Shown here in pieces: positions 11,151-21,563 of a stretch of 64,000 nucleotides of DNA (position 1 is its first letter; each line of letters starts with the position of its first letter). A program made the translations under genes and the position numbers. Under the pieces are notes generated by a model that was not told where the DNA came from, ran no database searches, and worked only from the letters and a program-made list of their open reading frames with translations. This stretch comes from a bacterium (lineage in GTDB: Bacteria > Zhuqueibacterota > Zhuqueibacteria > Oleimicrobiales > Geothermoviventaceae), in the NCBI GenBank assembly GCA_028275345.1, contig JAPWUV010000009.1, forward strand, positions 109,109-173,108, read 5' to 3'.

Positions 11151-11789
11151 ATGTTTAACATCGCAGCCATGGTTGCGATCGCCAGCGATGTGGTGCCCGT
11201 TGCCGCAGCGTACGCGGCGCGAAAGCGGCTCCCACAGGATCTGCTCATCCTTGCCGTGCTGCTTTGTCTCTATTTGGGCATGGATCTAGTTGCGGCAACC
11301 ATGGCTCTCAACGGCATCCGCAATCTTTGGCTCGGCAATTTGGAAGCTTGCGCGGATTTCCCCGTGCTGGTGTGGATCTTCCACCGGTGGGAACCCCAGC
11401 CAAGGAACAAGGCAATCCTTCGCGGACTGATCGTAGCGAGCATCCCCTTGTGGGCTCTAACCCAGTGGCAGGTGGGAGGCATTCAGCGCTACAACTTCGC
11501 CGGGAGATCCATCCAGAGCATCGTCCTGAGCGCCCTCGCGATCGCCTTCCTGCACCGGTTCGCCGTGTACGGGGACGAAAGGCCTTGGACCAACCCGCGT
11601 TTCCTGGTGGCGCTCGCCGTGCTGCTTCAGTTCGCAGGGTCGATTTTCGCCTTCTCCTTCGGGTTCTTGATGGAAACCAAGCAGATGGTGGCCATTTGGC
11701 GCCTTCGTAACGTGATGAGCACGCTGTCCAATCTTGTCTTTGCGGGAGGATTCTGGTGCCTTCGCCAGAGTGGGGCTACTGGTGGGTAG
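11151..11789 (+). CDS. Polytopic membrane protein (about 6 TM helices), possible sensor partner of the downstream kinase
   Basis: Six hydrophobic segments; overlaps the start of the histidine kinase gene. Confidence 0.5.
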   Translation: MFNIAAMVAIASDVVPVAAAYAARKRLPQDLLILAVLLCLYLGMDLVAATMALNGIRNLWLGNLEACADFPVLVWIFHRWEPQPRNKAILRGLIVASIPLWALTQWQVGGIQRYNFAGRSIQSIVLSALAIAFLHRFAVYGDERPWTNPRFLVALAVLLQFAGSIFAFSFGFLMETKQMVAIWRLRNVMSTLSNLVFAGGFWCLRQSGATGG

Positions 11790-13399
11790 CTCTCGCCGGG
11801 ACTGCCATCGTCGGCACCCTCACGGCGGGCCTCCTTGCGACGCTTCTTGCAGCCAATCGACGGCTACGCCAGGAACGGGACTTCGGCGAGACCATCCTCC
11901 GCGAGGCTCCCGCAGCGATCATCGTCCTCGATGCTTGGGGGCAAATCCTCCGGGTGAATGATCAGCTGAGCCGACTGCTCGGGTGCGATCCCCGGGCGCT
12001 GCGGGGCCGGTCCTTCCGCACCATCCCTCGCCTGAATGAGCTCCTGGCCAACTCTTGGGGAGAAGGTCCGTACAGCGGTCCGAGGAATTGCGAGTTCGAG
12101 CGCCAGATCCCGGACAGCGAAGGGAACCCTCACCATCTCAGCTGGACCCTCACGGCCCTCTCCGGCCCGAAGGGCTTGCCCCGATGGCTTGTGGCCATCG
12201 GCATCGATCTGACGGAGACCAAACGGCTGGAACGCTACCTATTCGAGGCACAAAAGCTGGAGGCCGTGGGGAGGTTGGCGGGCGGGATCGCTCACGATTT
12301 CAATAATCTGCTCACGGCGATCCTCGGCCAATGCTACGCGTTGGAAAGGCATCTACCAGACCCCGATCATCCCGCGCGGGCCGCGATCCAGGAGATCGAC
12401 CGTGCCGCTGAGAAGGCCTCTCGGCTCACGAAGCAACTTCTGGCTTTCAGCCGCCAGCAAGTGCTGGAGCCTAGGCCGGTGCTCCTCAACGGGATCGTCT
12501 CCGAGATGGAAGAAATGATCCGACGCCTCGCTGGGGAGTCCGTGGATGTGAGCTTGGAGCTGCATCCCGAGGCGGGGTTGATCGAGGCGGATCCGACGCA
12601 GATCGAGCGGGTCCTGATCAACCTTGTCCTCAATGCCCGTGATGCCATGCCACAGGGCGGTAGGCTACGTCTGGTCACCCTCCGTTGCAGCGCCGATGAA
12701 GCCGCCTGTCGGCGTGTTCCAGGGCTCCGTCCGGGCAAGTATGCCGTCCTCGTGGTGGAGGACACCGGAATCGGCATGGACGAGGCGACGCTCTCTCGGA
12801 TTTTCGAGCCCTTCTTCACCACGAAGCCGGCGGGCAAAGGGACGGGCCTGGGGCTTTCCACCGTATACGGGATCGTGCAGCAGCTTGGGGGGGTCATCTC
12901 GGTGACGAGTCAACCCGGCGAGGGAACCCGCTTCGAGATCTATTTCCCCCAGCTGGACACCGCGACCCCGGTTCCCGTCCCGAGCGGCGAAGAAGACGTA
13001 CCTCGGCCGCTGCGGGGCCTGGTGCTAGTCGCGGAAGACGACCCCGACGTTCGGAACTCCGCCGCCGAGGCCCTTCGGGACGCGGGTTTTACCGTGGAAG
13101 TGGCTGCCGACGGCCCGGAGGCGCTGCGGAAGAGCGCCCTACTCGGCCACAAGATCGATCTCCTCATCACCGACGTGGTCATGCCGCGCATGAGCGGCCG
13201 AGAGCTGGCAGAACGGCTCCGAACCTTCAACCCAAAGCTCAAAGTCCTGTACATCTCAGGCTATGCCGAGGAAGTGATCCGTCAACACGGCGTGTTGGGA
13301 AAGAGCTCTCAGCTCCTCTCAAAGCCCTTTACCCCGAGGCAATTGGTGCGCACCGTGGCCAGGGTGATTCGGGAACCCGTCCCGACAGGATCGCAATAG
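11756..13399 (+). CDS. Hybrid sensor histidine kinase (TM, PAS, HisKA, HATPase_c, C-terminal receiver)
   Basis: GTG start after GGGAGGA; H-box HDFNNLLTAILG; G-box GTGLGLS; receiver LVLVAEDDPDVR...LITDVVMPRMSG. Confidence 0.85.
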   Translation: MPSPEWGYWWVALAGTAIVGTLTAGLLATLLAANRRLRQERDFGETILREAPAAIIVLDAWGQILRVNDQLSRLLGCDPRALRGRSFRTIPRLNELLANSWGEGPYSGPRNCEFERQIPDSEGNPHHLSWTLTALSGPKGLPRWLVAIGIDLTETKRLERYLFEAQKLEAVGRLAGGIAHDFNNLLTAILGQCYALERHLPDPDHPARAAIQEIDRAAEKASRLTKQLLAFSRQQVLEPRPVLLNGIVSEMEEMIRRLAGESVDVSLELHPEAGLIEADPTQIERVLINLVLNARDAMPQGGRLRLVTLRCSADEAACRRVPGLRPGKYAVLVVEDTGIGMDEATLSRIFEPFFTTKPAGKGTGLGLSTVYGIVQQLGGVISVTSQPGEGTRFEIYFPQLDTATPVPVPSGEEDVPRPLRGLVLVAEDDPDVRNSAAEALRDAGFTVEVAADGPEALRKSALLGHKIDLLITDVVMPRMSGRELAERLRTFNPKLKVLYISGYAEEVIRQHGVLGKSSQLLSKPFTPRQLVRTVARVIREPVPTGSQ

Positions 13400-13638
13400 T
13401 TCCATTCAGCCGGCCCACTTCAAACCAGACGGCACTTCTTTCCCGAGCCACGGCTCCTCGGGCTCTGCAGAGGGCGGCACCCGCCGGTCCTGTTGTTGGC
13501 GATTGTCGCACGAGAGGCTACTTGCTCTTGTCGGGTTCCTCTGCGCTCTCCTTGGGGACAGAGTTGGGGGGCTGAACAACTCTGGCGGGGTCAGTTTTGG
13601 TGGTCTAGTACTGACAAGGGCTGGAGGTGGACGAGGCC

Positions 13639-14076
13639 ATGTCAGCGACTGACGCGCACCCCGTTGGCGAGGGACTCGCGGTCCTGCTGGTGGAAGACGA
13701 TGGGTCCATCCGCAGCTTCCTGGAGGGAATCCTGCAGGAGAAGGGGTTTGCCGTGCATTCCGCTTCCGATGCAAGCGCCGCTCTGCGGCTCGTCGAAGAA
13801 TCCGGATGCCGGGTCGACCTGCTGGTGGCGGACATGGGTCTGCCGCGCCTTTCCGGGGCCAATCTGGCGCAGCAACTGCGGGCCCGTGACCCCCGTCTGC
13901 CGATCATCCTCATCTCGGGGCAACCGGCGGACCCCACTGACGAGGCGGAGGGTCCATCCGGGCCGACGGTGTATCTGGAAAAGCCCTTCCGGCCAGCCCA
14001 GTTGCTGGAAGCCGTGATGCGCCTACTCCGGAACAGGCCCGACCTCACTGGCAAACCCGAGCCTGGAGGTCCCTGA
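13639..14076 (+). CDS. Single-domain response regulator (receiver only)
   Basis: LAVLLVEDD ... LLVADMGLPRLSG ... receiver motifs; GGAGG RBS. Confidence 0.75.
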   Translation: MSATDAHPVGEGLAVLLVEDDGSIRSFLEGILQEKGFAVHSASDASAALRLVEESGCRVDLLVADMGLPRLSGANLAQQLRARDPRLPIILISGQPADPTDEAEGPSGPTVYLEKPFRPAQLLEAVMRLLRNRPDLTGKPEPGGP

Positions 14077-14217
14077 AGGCGAGGGAACGCCCAGCTGCCT
14101 GCGGTGTGGAGGAAACGGGCTTGCGCCCGCAGGTCTCGGTGCGCGAAGACGCTGCGCCGCCCCAGCTCGGAGTGGGGAGGAACCCCAGGAATCGATGAAC
14201 GGCCCAAGGGAGCGCAC

Positions 14218-16518
14218 ATGCCTTTCCGCCGACTTCTCGTGATTGCATTCGTCCTAGGTTCTTGTCTCCACGGGAGCTCCGCAGCCCGTGCGGAAGTGCG
14301 CGCGGTTTGGGTCTCCCGCTGGGAGTTCAAGAGCGAGGCCGACATTCGGGAGATGATGGCCTGGCTTGCGGAGCAAGGTTTCAACGTGGTGCTCTTCCAG
14401 GTGCGAGGCCAGGGGACGGTCTACTACCGCTCGGCGATCGAACCGCCCGCGGAGACGCTCGCCGGAACTTCGGGATGGGATCCCTTGGCGGTGGCACTGC
14501 AGGAAGCTCAGGCGCGCGGCCTCCAGCTTCATGCCTGGATCAATGTCTTTCCGGGCTGGCGCGGAGAGACCCCCCATCCGGATCCCCGCCAGCTTTGGAA
14601 TTTCCATCGGGACTGGTTTCTGATGTCTGTCGATGGGAGCCGGGATTTCCGCGCCGCGGAATACGCCTTCCTCACTCCGACCCTGCCCTCCGTCCGAAGC
14701 TACCTCGTGAGCTTGTTGCGGGAGCTTTGGACGAGCTACCCTGTGGACGGCATCCATTTCGACTACATCCGCTATCCGGGCCCAGGGTACGGCTATGACC
14801 CGGAGAGCCTGCTGCTGTTCCGCGGCACGACGGGGCTCGAGCCGGAGGAGGACCTGCTCGCGTGGGATGATTTCCGGCGAGAAGCCATCACCCAATTCCT
14901 TCGCGAAATCCGCCAGGCGCTGGATGCCGAAGGCAAGCAGCTTCGCCTATCCGCCGCCGTGATCGGCGACTGGCGGATGGGCCGATCCATCTTCCTGCAG
15001 GACAGTCACCAGTGGATGAGCGAATCCCTGCTGGACGCCATCTTCCCCATGACCTACACACCCGACACGACCCGCTTCGCCCGCGAAATCCGCGAACACC
15101 AGCTCGATGCGCACGCCACCCGCGTCTATCCCGGCATCCTGGTGGAGCGGAATCCGAACTGGCCCCAGGAGATCGCCATAGCTCGACGTTTGGGGACGGG
15201 CGGCTTCTGCCTGTTTTCCTACGGAGGCCTTCGAAAGGCCGCCGAGAAGGACAGCCTCTTCTTGCTGACCTTGCGACGCCTATTGCGGACCCCCCAACCC
15301 AGCCCGACTCCGTGGCCGACCCAACCCCGCGGCACCTCAGATCGCTGGGGACCTGTCATCGCCCACGTGAGGAGATCGCCGCCTCAGGTACCCTCGGACC
15401 GGAGATGGGAGGTGGAATGCTCGATCCGCGATCCTTCGGGTGTACTGCTCCGCAGCGTCCCCCCTCGTTCCCCCTACCTCATCTGGACGGTGGGATCGCC
15501 GCTCGAAGGAGGAAAAGTCGAGCTGATGCTCCCCACGCCCGTCGGAAGCGACACGTATCGCACCCTGCACTCGCTCGAGCCGGTTCCCGCCGGCAGCGCC
15601 GTTTACTACCGCATCTTCGCGGCCGACCGGACTCACTCCGATCCCACTCTCTGCAACTGGAATTACAGCCTCCTCGAGCGGGCATGGGCCGTGCCGTCCA
15701 ACAGTAGCTGGCGAGCGACCGGTAAGCTGGGTCCAGCACTTTGGGGCGCGCGTTCCTGCGCCGTCGACGGTCGGGGAAACGTCTGGGTCGTAGAGTCGAT
15801 CCGGAATCAGCTTCGGGTTTTCACCCCGGAGGGACGGGAATTGCTGTTCTCGCCCCTCGACGTTTCCCGGCTCCTCGGGGCTCCGGCCGAACCCAATGCG
15901 GCGCTGGCCGCCGTCATCGCCCACGACGATACCGTTTACGTGGCCGTCCGAGCGAACGGCGGCCGCCTTGTTGCCGTATCCGCGTATTCGGGCGGGGTGC
16001 TCTTCCGCGTGCAGTTGGACCGTCCGCCGGGGGATGTAGAACTCCTGGACCGCGGAAACTTCGTGGCCGCAAGCCCCGATGGATCTTGCTGGTGGATCTT
16101 CGACAGGACGGGCCTTCTCCGCAAACCGCCCGTTTGCACTTCCCACCTGACGCAGGGGATTGCGGTCCTGCCCGGAGGCGAAGCGATCCTGGCCACGTGC
16201 CGATCCGAAGACGTCCTCCACGTCTGGCGGCGCTTGGATCCGAATAGCCCCCTCTACGAGGAAATCCCCACGGATCTTCCGTTCCAAGATATCCGCATCG
16301 GGGATGTGGAGACCGGGCCGGATGGGCACATCTTCCTCTGCCTCGCGGGAGCCGGGCTCGTTCTGGAACTCAACTCCGACTTTCAGGTGATCGATGCCCT
16401 GAGCCAGAATCTTCGCGCTCCCCTCACCCTCGGGCTGTCTCCGGACGGGCGTCGCGCGTACGTGGTCGAGGCTCCTGGGCTCGGGCCGGAGTTCATCCGC
16501 ATCTTCGAAAGACAATAG
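14218..16518 (+). CDS. Secreted glycosyl hydrolase-like family 10 (GHL10/DUF187) protein with C-terminal beta-propeller-like region
   Basis: Signal peptide MPFRRLLVIAFVLGSCLHGSSAARA; motif RAVWV...FNVVLFQVRGQGTVYYRS...GIHFDYIRYP. Confidence 0.7.
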   Translation: MPFRRLLVIAFVLGSCLHGSSAARAEVRAVWVSRWEFKSEADIREMMAWLAEQGFNVVLFQVRGQGTVYYRSAIEPPAETLAGTSGWDPLAVALQEAQARGLQLHAWINVFPGWRGETPHPDPRQLWNFHRDWFLMSVDGSRDFRAAEYAFLTPTLPSVRSYLVSLLRELWTSYPVDGIHFDYIRYPGPGYGYDPESLLLFRGTTGLEPEEDLLAWDDFRREAITQFLREIRQALDAEGKQLRLSAAVIGDWRMGRSIFLQDSHQWMSESLLDAIFPMTYTPDTTRFAREIREHQLDAHATRVYPGILVERNPNWPQEIAIARRLGTGGFCLFSYGGLRKAAEKDSLFLLTLRRLLRTPQPSPTPWPTQPRGTSDRWGPVIAHVRRSPPQVPSDRRWEVECSIRDPSGVLLRSVPPRSPYLIWTVGSPLEGGKVELMLPTPVGSDTYRTLHSLEPVPAGSAVYYRIFAADRTHSDPTLCNWNYSLLERAWAVPSNSSWRATGKLGPALWGARSCAVDGRGNVWVVESIRNQLRVFTPEGRELLFSPLDVSRLLGAPAEPNAALAAVIAHDDTVYVAVRANGGRLVAVSAYSGGVLFRVQLDRPPGDVELLDRGNFVAASPDGSCWWIFDRTGLLRKPPVCTSHLTQGIAVLPGGEAILATCRSEDVLHVWRRLDPNSPLYEEIPTDLPFQDIRIGDVETGPDGHIFLCLAGAGLVLELNSDFQVIDALSQNLRAPLTLGLSPDGRRAYVVEAPGLGPEFIRIFERQ

Positions 16519-16528
16519 CTCGCCCGGC

Positions 16529-18613
16529 TCACAGCCGCCTCAGACGCACCAGCCCAGCCTTTTCGAGGAGACGGAGGTAGTTGAGCACGTCTTGCACTTC
16601 GGTCGGACTCTCGAACTCGGCATCGAGAACGTCGCGGATCTCCAGCGCGGAACGCTTGCCGTCGATCAGGCGACGCAGCTCCTGCACCTTGTCGCGGGAA
16701 ATGGTCGTCAGGCTATCCCGAACGGCGGGCTCCACGGCCTCCGTGATCCATTCGCGACGGAAGTAGCCCCTCACCTTCTCCGTGGGCTCGGGGATGAGCC
16801 GACCCGCTTCACGTTCTTGTGGCGTGGGTGAAGGGACTACCGCTTTCACTCCCCGTCCCTGGCAAACCACTTCGTAGTGCGCCCGGAGATTCCGCATTAG
16901 CGCCGGCCCGAGGCTCTGCGTCAGCTCTCCTGCCACGTGCTGCGCGCGCGAAGCCACCGCCGCGTCCTGCGGACAAAGCTGGCTAACCGAAAGGATCGTC
17001 CGCTTCTCAAGGTCGAGCGAGACCTTCAGCAGGTTCTCAGCCCGACGGTAGGTGGCCTGAAGCTCATCGACCCGGGCGTGCTCGAGCATTTGGGCCGCAC
17101 GCTTGTACTCCCTACCGAGGCGGCCCAAACCGTTGCTGAACACCTCTTCGAGGATCCGCAGGGCCATCTCCCGATCCGCATTGGCGATGAGGTAGGCGGC
17201 CGCGGCGTTGATGAACACAGCCCGCTTCATCTGCGTGGCGTCCATCCCTTCCGGGCGATCGGCGGAGGAGTGATATCCCAGGTCCGGCCACGTGATGGGC
17301 ATGACGCCGGGCACCCCGACGCCCCAGTCGTTGAACACCTCATGGTCGGAGGCTCCGTAGAAGTACTCGATCCGGTAGTAGAATGGATCGCGCGAGCCTG
17401 AGGGCGCGAGGATCGGCCGAGCGAATCTGCGTCCGTGCAAGCTCTCGCAGTTCGTCTCGCCCACGAATTCGAACAGGCTCTGGAGCACGTCGTTCAGGTA
17501 GCTCGGCCGACTGAACGGGGTACGTTCCAAATTGTAGAAGCTCCCGTGATGGCTGAGGCGAACCCCCTCCATGTCGAGATTGATATTGACGAGTGCGCGC
17601 CGGACCACATCGTAGTGTGCGTCCACCCACGGGATGGTCCCGGCATATTCCGGCACCCATAGGAACAGAATCGAGCGACGCGGGCGTTCGATGGCACCTT
17701 GCCTCATCAACGCGATGAGCGTCCGCCCGATTTCCAGGAGGCAGGCGCTGCCGGAGATGTTGTCATTTGCGCCCTGCTTGGCAAGGCCCTCGAACAGGTG
17801 CGCGGAGAGGATGATGTACTCATCCGCTCGCTGCCGGCCGCGCAGGAGAGCGCTCACCACATTGTGCCGATTCGGCCGATAAGCCGAACGCACCCGGACC
17901 CTCACGACAATCGTCTCGCCGCGCTCCAGTCGCTCCCGCAATTCCATCCCCTTGCGGAAGCTGATATTGAACGCGAAGGACCGCCTTTCCCGCGAGCCGG
18001 AGATGCCCATCCAAGCGACCTGATCCGGATCCTCGAGCGGCCGGGCCGAAGCGAAGGAGACCACACCCAAGGCACCGTACTTGAGGACAGCCACCGAATG
18101 GAGCATTCCTGTGGGGCCGTAGCCAAGGACGATCTTCCCCGCCACGTCTCGGCCTTCGTAATCCTTCGGGGAGATCCCACGACCCACGTAGACCAATTCC
18201 CCCGTAGTGTCGATGGAACTGCTCCCCACGGCAAGCGTGGCCGCAATCTCCTCGTAGTCGGCGATCTTCGCCCTTCTCGGCGAGACCTCCCAAAGTTCTC
18301 CCTCCTCGCCGTCCCACACCGAGTCGGCCTCGAAATACTCGATCGCCACCGAATCGAAGCCGATGGCTCTCGTTTGCCGGAGTACGTAAGCGGCTTCGAA
18401 ATACGTGGCTCCGTACTCCGACGTGTCCCGATTCCGTTCGTAGGCGGCCATCTCGAGGACATGGTGCATGGCCCGCTCGCCCGAAGACTCCTCAATGAAT
18501 CGGTCCACGAGGCTGTCGTTCAGCAGCGTCTTATGATGCCACGGCGCAATTTGAGCCTGCGCTGCCACCGACAAGGCCAGGCTCACCGCAACGTTCATCG
18601 CAAGATTCCGCAT
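16529..18613 (-). CDS. M28 family metallopeptidase (aminopeptidase-like), secreted
   Basis: Signal peptide; AKQGANDNISGSA motif resembling the M28 metal-binding region; GAGGGAGG RBS. Confidence 0.7.
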   Translation of the reverse strand: MRNLAMNVAVSLALSVAAQAQIAPWHHKTLLNDSLVDRFIEESSGERAMHHVLEMAAYERNRDTSEYGATYFEAAYVLRQTRAIGFDSVAIEYFEADSVWDGEEGELWEVSPRRAKIADYEEIAATLAVGSSSIDTTGELVYVGRGISPKDYEGRDVAGKIVLGYGPTGMLHSVAVLKYGALGVVSFASARPLEDPDQVAWMGISGSRERRSFAFNISFRKGMELRERLERGETIVVRVRVRSAYRPNRHNVVSALLRGRQRADEYIILSAHLFEGLAKQGANDNISGSACLLEIGRTLIALMRQGAIERPRRSILFLWVPEYAGTIPWVDAHYDVVRRALVNINLDMEGVRLSHHGSFYNLERTPFSRPSYLNDVLQSLFEFVGETNCESLHGRRFARPILAPSGSRDPFYYRIEYFYGASDHEVFNDWGVGVPGVMPITWPDLGYHSSADRPEGMDATQMKRAVFINAAAAYLIANADREMALRILEEVFSNGLGRLGREYKRAAQMLEHARVDELQATYRRAENLLKVSLDLEKRTILSVSQLCPQDAAVASRAQHVAGELTQSLGPALMRNLRAHYEVVCQGRGVKAVVPSPTPQEREAGRLIPEPTEKVRGYFRREWITEAVEPAVRDSLTTISRDKVQELRRLIDGKRSALEIRDVLDAEFESPTEVQDVLNYLRLLEKAGLVRLRRL

Positions 18614-18837
18614 GCCTTGCCTCCCTCAGCTGGAAACGGATCCCTCACCCGCAAGCAGTGTGAGACCCCTACGGCGACCGTCGGAAGAGAAACAAAGCAC
18701 CGCCACGGCCCGTAACAGAAGCGAGCCGTTTCCGGTCTTGACCGCGCCCAGCCGGCGCCACCGACCTGAGCCTCGCTGCGGCGCGGCATGAAATCACGAG
18801 CTCTTGCTCCGAGCACATCCGCAGGAGGTGGTGGAAC

Positions 18838-19626
18838 ATGCGAAGAAATACGATAGGCCTCCTACTCGCCCTGATGGCGTTTGCGTCCTCGGCTTTCGCG
18901 TACACAGCCCGCAAAGAATTCCGGGAGACGCGGGCCCTCCGCACCGGAGGGGAACTGGAGGTGAAAAACGTCAACGGCTCCATCTCGGTGTCATCCTGGG
19001 ATGCCGACAGCGCGTCGGTTGAGGCGGAGATCGAAGTCCGGGCAAGCAGCCGCCGCGACGCCGAGGAATTCTTGCAAGACGTCGAGATCGAGATCCGAGA
19101 GATCGGGACACGCCTGATCGTGGAGGCCAAACACCCGAGGACCGGTACCGGCTTCTGGGAATGGATCCTGGGCCGGAGAAGTCCGGAGGTGTCGATTGAA
19201 TTTCGGCTCCGGCTGCCCAGAAAGTGCGACGCCAGTCTCAGGACCGTGAACGGAGCCATCCACGTGGAAGGCGTGAGCGGAACGCTTTCCCTCTCCACCA
19301 CCAATGGCCAGATCGAAGCGAGAGACGTCGCAGGCGAAGTCGACGCTTCCACAGTGAATGGTTCTCTCCGCATTGAGCTGACCAAGGTCGATCCCCGGGC
19401 CCGGATGGAATTCAAGACCGTCAATGGGTCGATCCGCCTCTACCTCCCGGAGGATGCGCGCGTCGATCTCGACGCCTCGACGGTGAACGGCCGGATCGAC
19501 ACGGATTTCCCCCTCCAGGTTAGCGGCAAGTACGTGGGACAGCACCTCACCGGCTCCCTCAACGGCGGCGGGTCCTCCCTGCGCCTGCGGACTGTCAACG
19601 GCGGCATCGACGTCCTTCGGCGGTGA
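18838..19626 (+). CDS. DUF4097-like secreted beta-rich protein (putative adhesin)
   Basis: Signal peptide; repeated TVNGSI/TVNGRI/TVNGGI motifs; GGAGGTGG RBS. Confidence 0.65.
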   Translation: MRRNTIGLLLALMAFASSAFAYTARKEFRETRALRTGGELEVKNVNGSISVSSWDADSASVEAEIEVRASSRRDAEEFLQDVEIEIREIGTRLIVEAKHPRTGTGFWEWILGRRSPEVSIEFRLRLPRKCDASLRTVNGAIHVEGVSGTLSLSTTNGQIEARDVAGEVDASTVNGSLRIELTKVDPRARMEFKTVNGSIRLYLPEDARVDLDASTVNGRIDTDFPLQVSGKYVGQHLTGSLNGGGSSLRLRTVNGGIDVLRR

Positions 19627-19891
19627 GCGGGGACAGGCTAAGCGGAGGCAATTCCGATCGGCTCTTTCGCCCTGCGACAAACCCTCACGTCACGTGCGAA
19701 GGAGCCGGAATGCCGTGCCCACCGTGCTCCGCTCTGTCCGCTAGGAAGCCCGTGGGGGCCAAGCTTCTCGCTTGCGCTCGGGGATGCGAGCCAGCCAGGG
19801 AACTGCGGTGGGGAGCCGCATCACGCGCTGGTTCCGCTCCCGCCGAGTGCGACCCAATGCGTGGAAACTCCCGTGGCCCGTTCCCCCTTCT

Positions 19892-20191
19892 TCAAGCCGC
19901 CGGTCGCTTTCCTGAAGAATATGACCGCACGATGAGCCACACGCCGAGCGCGATCAGGAATAGCGGCACGAAGGGGACGAGCAGGATCAGGGGGCTCAAG
20001 ACCAACGTCACCACGCCGGCTGCGATGGCCAGCGGGAGCACGACAAACAGGCTGAGCAGCGCGCCTACCACGCCGACTACGATTTTCAGCGGCAGGATGA
20101 GCACGTAAAACCCGACCCGCAGCATAGTCACGACGATCTTGAGCAGCAGCGCCAGACTCAGGATGCCGATCACCAGGAGCAAAGCCTCCAT
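19892..20191 (-). CDS. Small membrane protein (about 100 aa)
   Basis: ATG 20191 with GGGAGGAG RBS; three hydrophobic helices. Confidence 0.5.
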   Translation of the reverse strand: MEALLLVIGILSLALLLKIVVTMLRVGFYVLILPLKIVVGVVGALLSLFVVLPLAIAAGVVTLVLSPLILLVPFVPLFLIALGVWLIVRSYSSGKRPAA

Positions 20192-20509
20192 CGGGTCTCC
20201 TCCCTTCCTTGCAGGCAAATCTTCTCTTCCCTCTGCGGGCCCCGGGGCCACGCGCTTCCCGGGCGGCCCAGGTCCACCTGCCCCCGAGCCTGTTCCGCGG
20301 GATCTCAAGAGTGCACCGTGACGAACCTCGGGCACCTCGAGAGGCTCAGGCTCCTCCCTCAGACGGGGTCCGCTCCCGGAAAGTTTCCTCTGCGCTCCAA
20401 GCGGAGGCGATGGTCTGGAAAGCAAACGCCCCTCCGCGCGTCGCCGAGGGGCACGCAAGATTGCGCTGCTCTCCGCAAAACCGCTAGCGGAACGTCCGCC
20501 GGGCGCAAG

Positions 20510-20917
20510 CTACCGCCAAAGCATGCGCCCTTCCACCAGCACCTTCTGGCCCACGTTCTCGAAATCCACGACGATCCGGCTCGACCTTCCGTGGTGCACG
20601 ACAGCCGTCACTCGTCCCACGTCCTGGAAGACGGGATGATGGATCAGTTGCCCAACTTGATAGGTCGCGGCGGGATCGTACTCCACCACCTCGAAAGCTT
20701 CCGGCCCAGGATCCGCCGCTTTCTCCGAGGTCGCATCCACGAACCGGCCGTCGGGCAGAAGCCGGAAGGTCTCAATAGCGTAGGTCGTGTGACAGCCGCT
20801 GCAACGGAGCCAGGCCAGTTCCGCTTCTTCATTCCAGCCCACGAGCCGATGCTTCTTCATGCTCTGACAACGCCGGCACCAGCCCTCGTACACCTTCCGG
20901 CTGGATCGCTTGGCCAT
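20510..20917 (-). CDS. Zinc-ribbon domain protein, hypothetical
   Basis: CRRC...CSGC pair; GGAGGGG RBS; 17 bp downstream of ssb on the same strand. Confidence 0.55.
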   Translation of the reverse strand: MAKRSSRKVYEGWCRRCQSMKKHRLVGWNEEAELAWLRCSGCHTTYAIETFRLLPDGRFVDATSEKAADPGPEAFEVVEYDPAATYQVGQLIHHPVFQDVGRVTAVVHHGRSSRIVVDFENVGQKVLVEGRMLWR

Positions 20918-20934
20918 GAATCCCCTCCGTTATC

Positions 20935-21369
20935 TCACCCTTCAGCCTCCTGGGCATCCAGGTTGTCGCTGGCTTCCTGGGTTGGCGCGGGGATACCTCG
21001 CTCCTTCGCCTCGCGCAACCGACCCTGCGGAAATTGGACCCACTTGGCGTTCACCTGCAGGTACTCCTGCTGGCCCCCTGGCCCCGACGCGCTTGCCGTC
21101 TGGAGCTCGCCGATGATGACTACGGAATCCCCCTTCCGCAGCAGGCGGTGGCAATGCTCGGCCAGAGTCGACCACGCCACAATCCGAATGTAGCTCCGCT
21201 CCTCCCTCGGCGGACCCTCCGGCTGGGGTTCCAACCGCACCGAAGCGATCGTGAAGTTTGTCACCGGCACTCCCCGACGGGTCGAACGCAGGGGCGGATC
21301 TGCCAACAACTCCCCCGAGATCACTACGCGATTCACATCCGGCAGTTCGTATTCGGGAACCGTGCTCAT
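20935..21369 (-). CDS. ssb: Single-stranded DNA-binding protein
   Basis: OB-fold pattern VNRVVISGELLADPPLR...TNFTIA...YIRIVAWSTLAEHC..LRKGDSVVIIGELQT; ATG 21369 with GAGGTG RBS. Confidence 0.7.
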   Translation of the reverse strand: MSTVPEYELPDVNRVVISGELLADPPLRSTRRGVPVTNFTIASVRLEPQPEGPPREERSYIRIVAWSTLAEHCHRLLRKGDSVVIIGELQTASASGPGGQQEYLQVNAKWVQFPQGRLREAKERGIPAPTQEASDNLDAQEAEG

Positions 21370-21411
21370 GTCGCTCACCTCTGAAGCCCAAGCTGCTCCT
21401 CGACCAAACGA

Positions 21412-21442
21412 AAGGGGCAAAACCCGGCGGATTTTGCCCCTT
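21412..21442 (-). promoter_or_regulatory. Perfect 11-bp-stem hairpin (9-nt loop) in the ssb leader, about 230 bp downstream of gltD stop; attenuator or weak terminator
   Basis: AAGGGGCAAAA / TTTTGCCCCTT inverted repeat; followed on the minus strand by TCGTTTGG. Confidence 0.3.
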
Positions 21443-21534
21443 CTCCCATCGATCCAGAGGACACTTTGCGCTGCTCTTGCATCGAAACGATTTCTGCTCC
21501 TTTCCAGCTGGAATTGCTCAATTTCCGATGGCTA

Positions 21535-21563
21535 ATGATACCAATTTCCGCTACCAATGTCAA
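21535..21563 (-). promoter_or_regulatory. Candidate sigma70-type promoter upstream of ssb
   Basis: Minus strand reads TTGACA - 17 nt - TATCAT. Confidence 0.35.

Noticed and set aside
15337-16515. 392-aa ORF on the minus strand
   Set aside because: Antisense to the GHL10 gene; shadow ORF.
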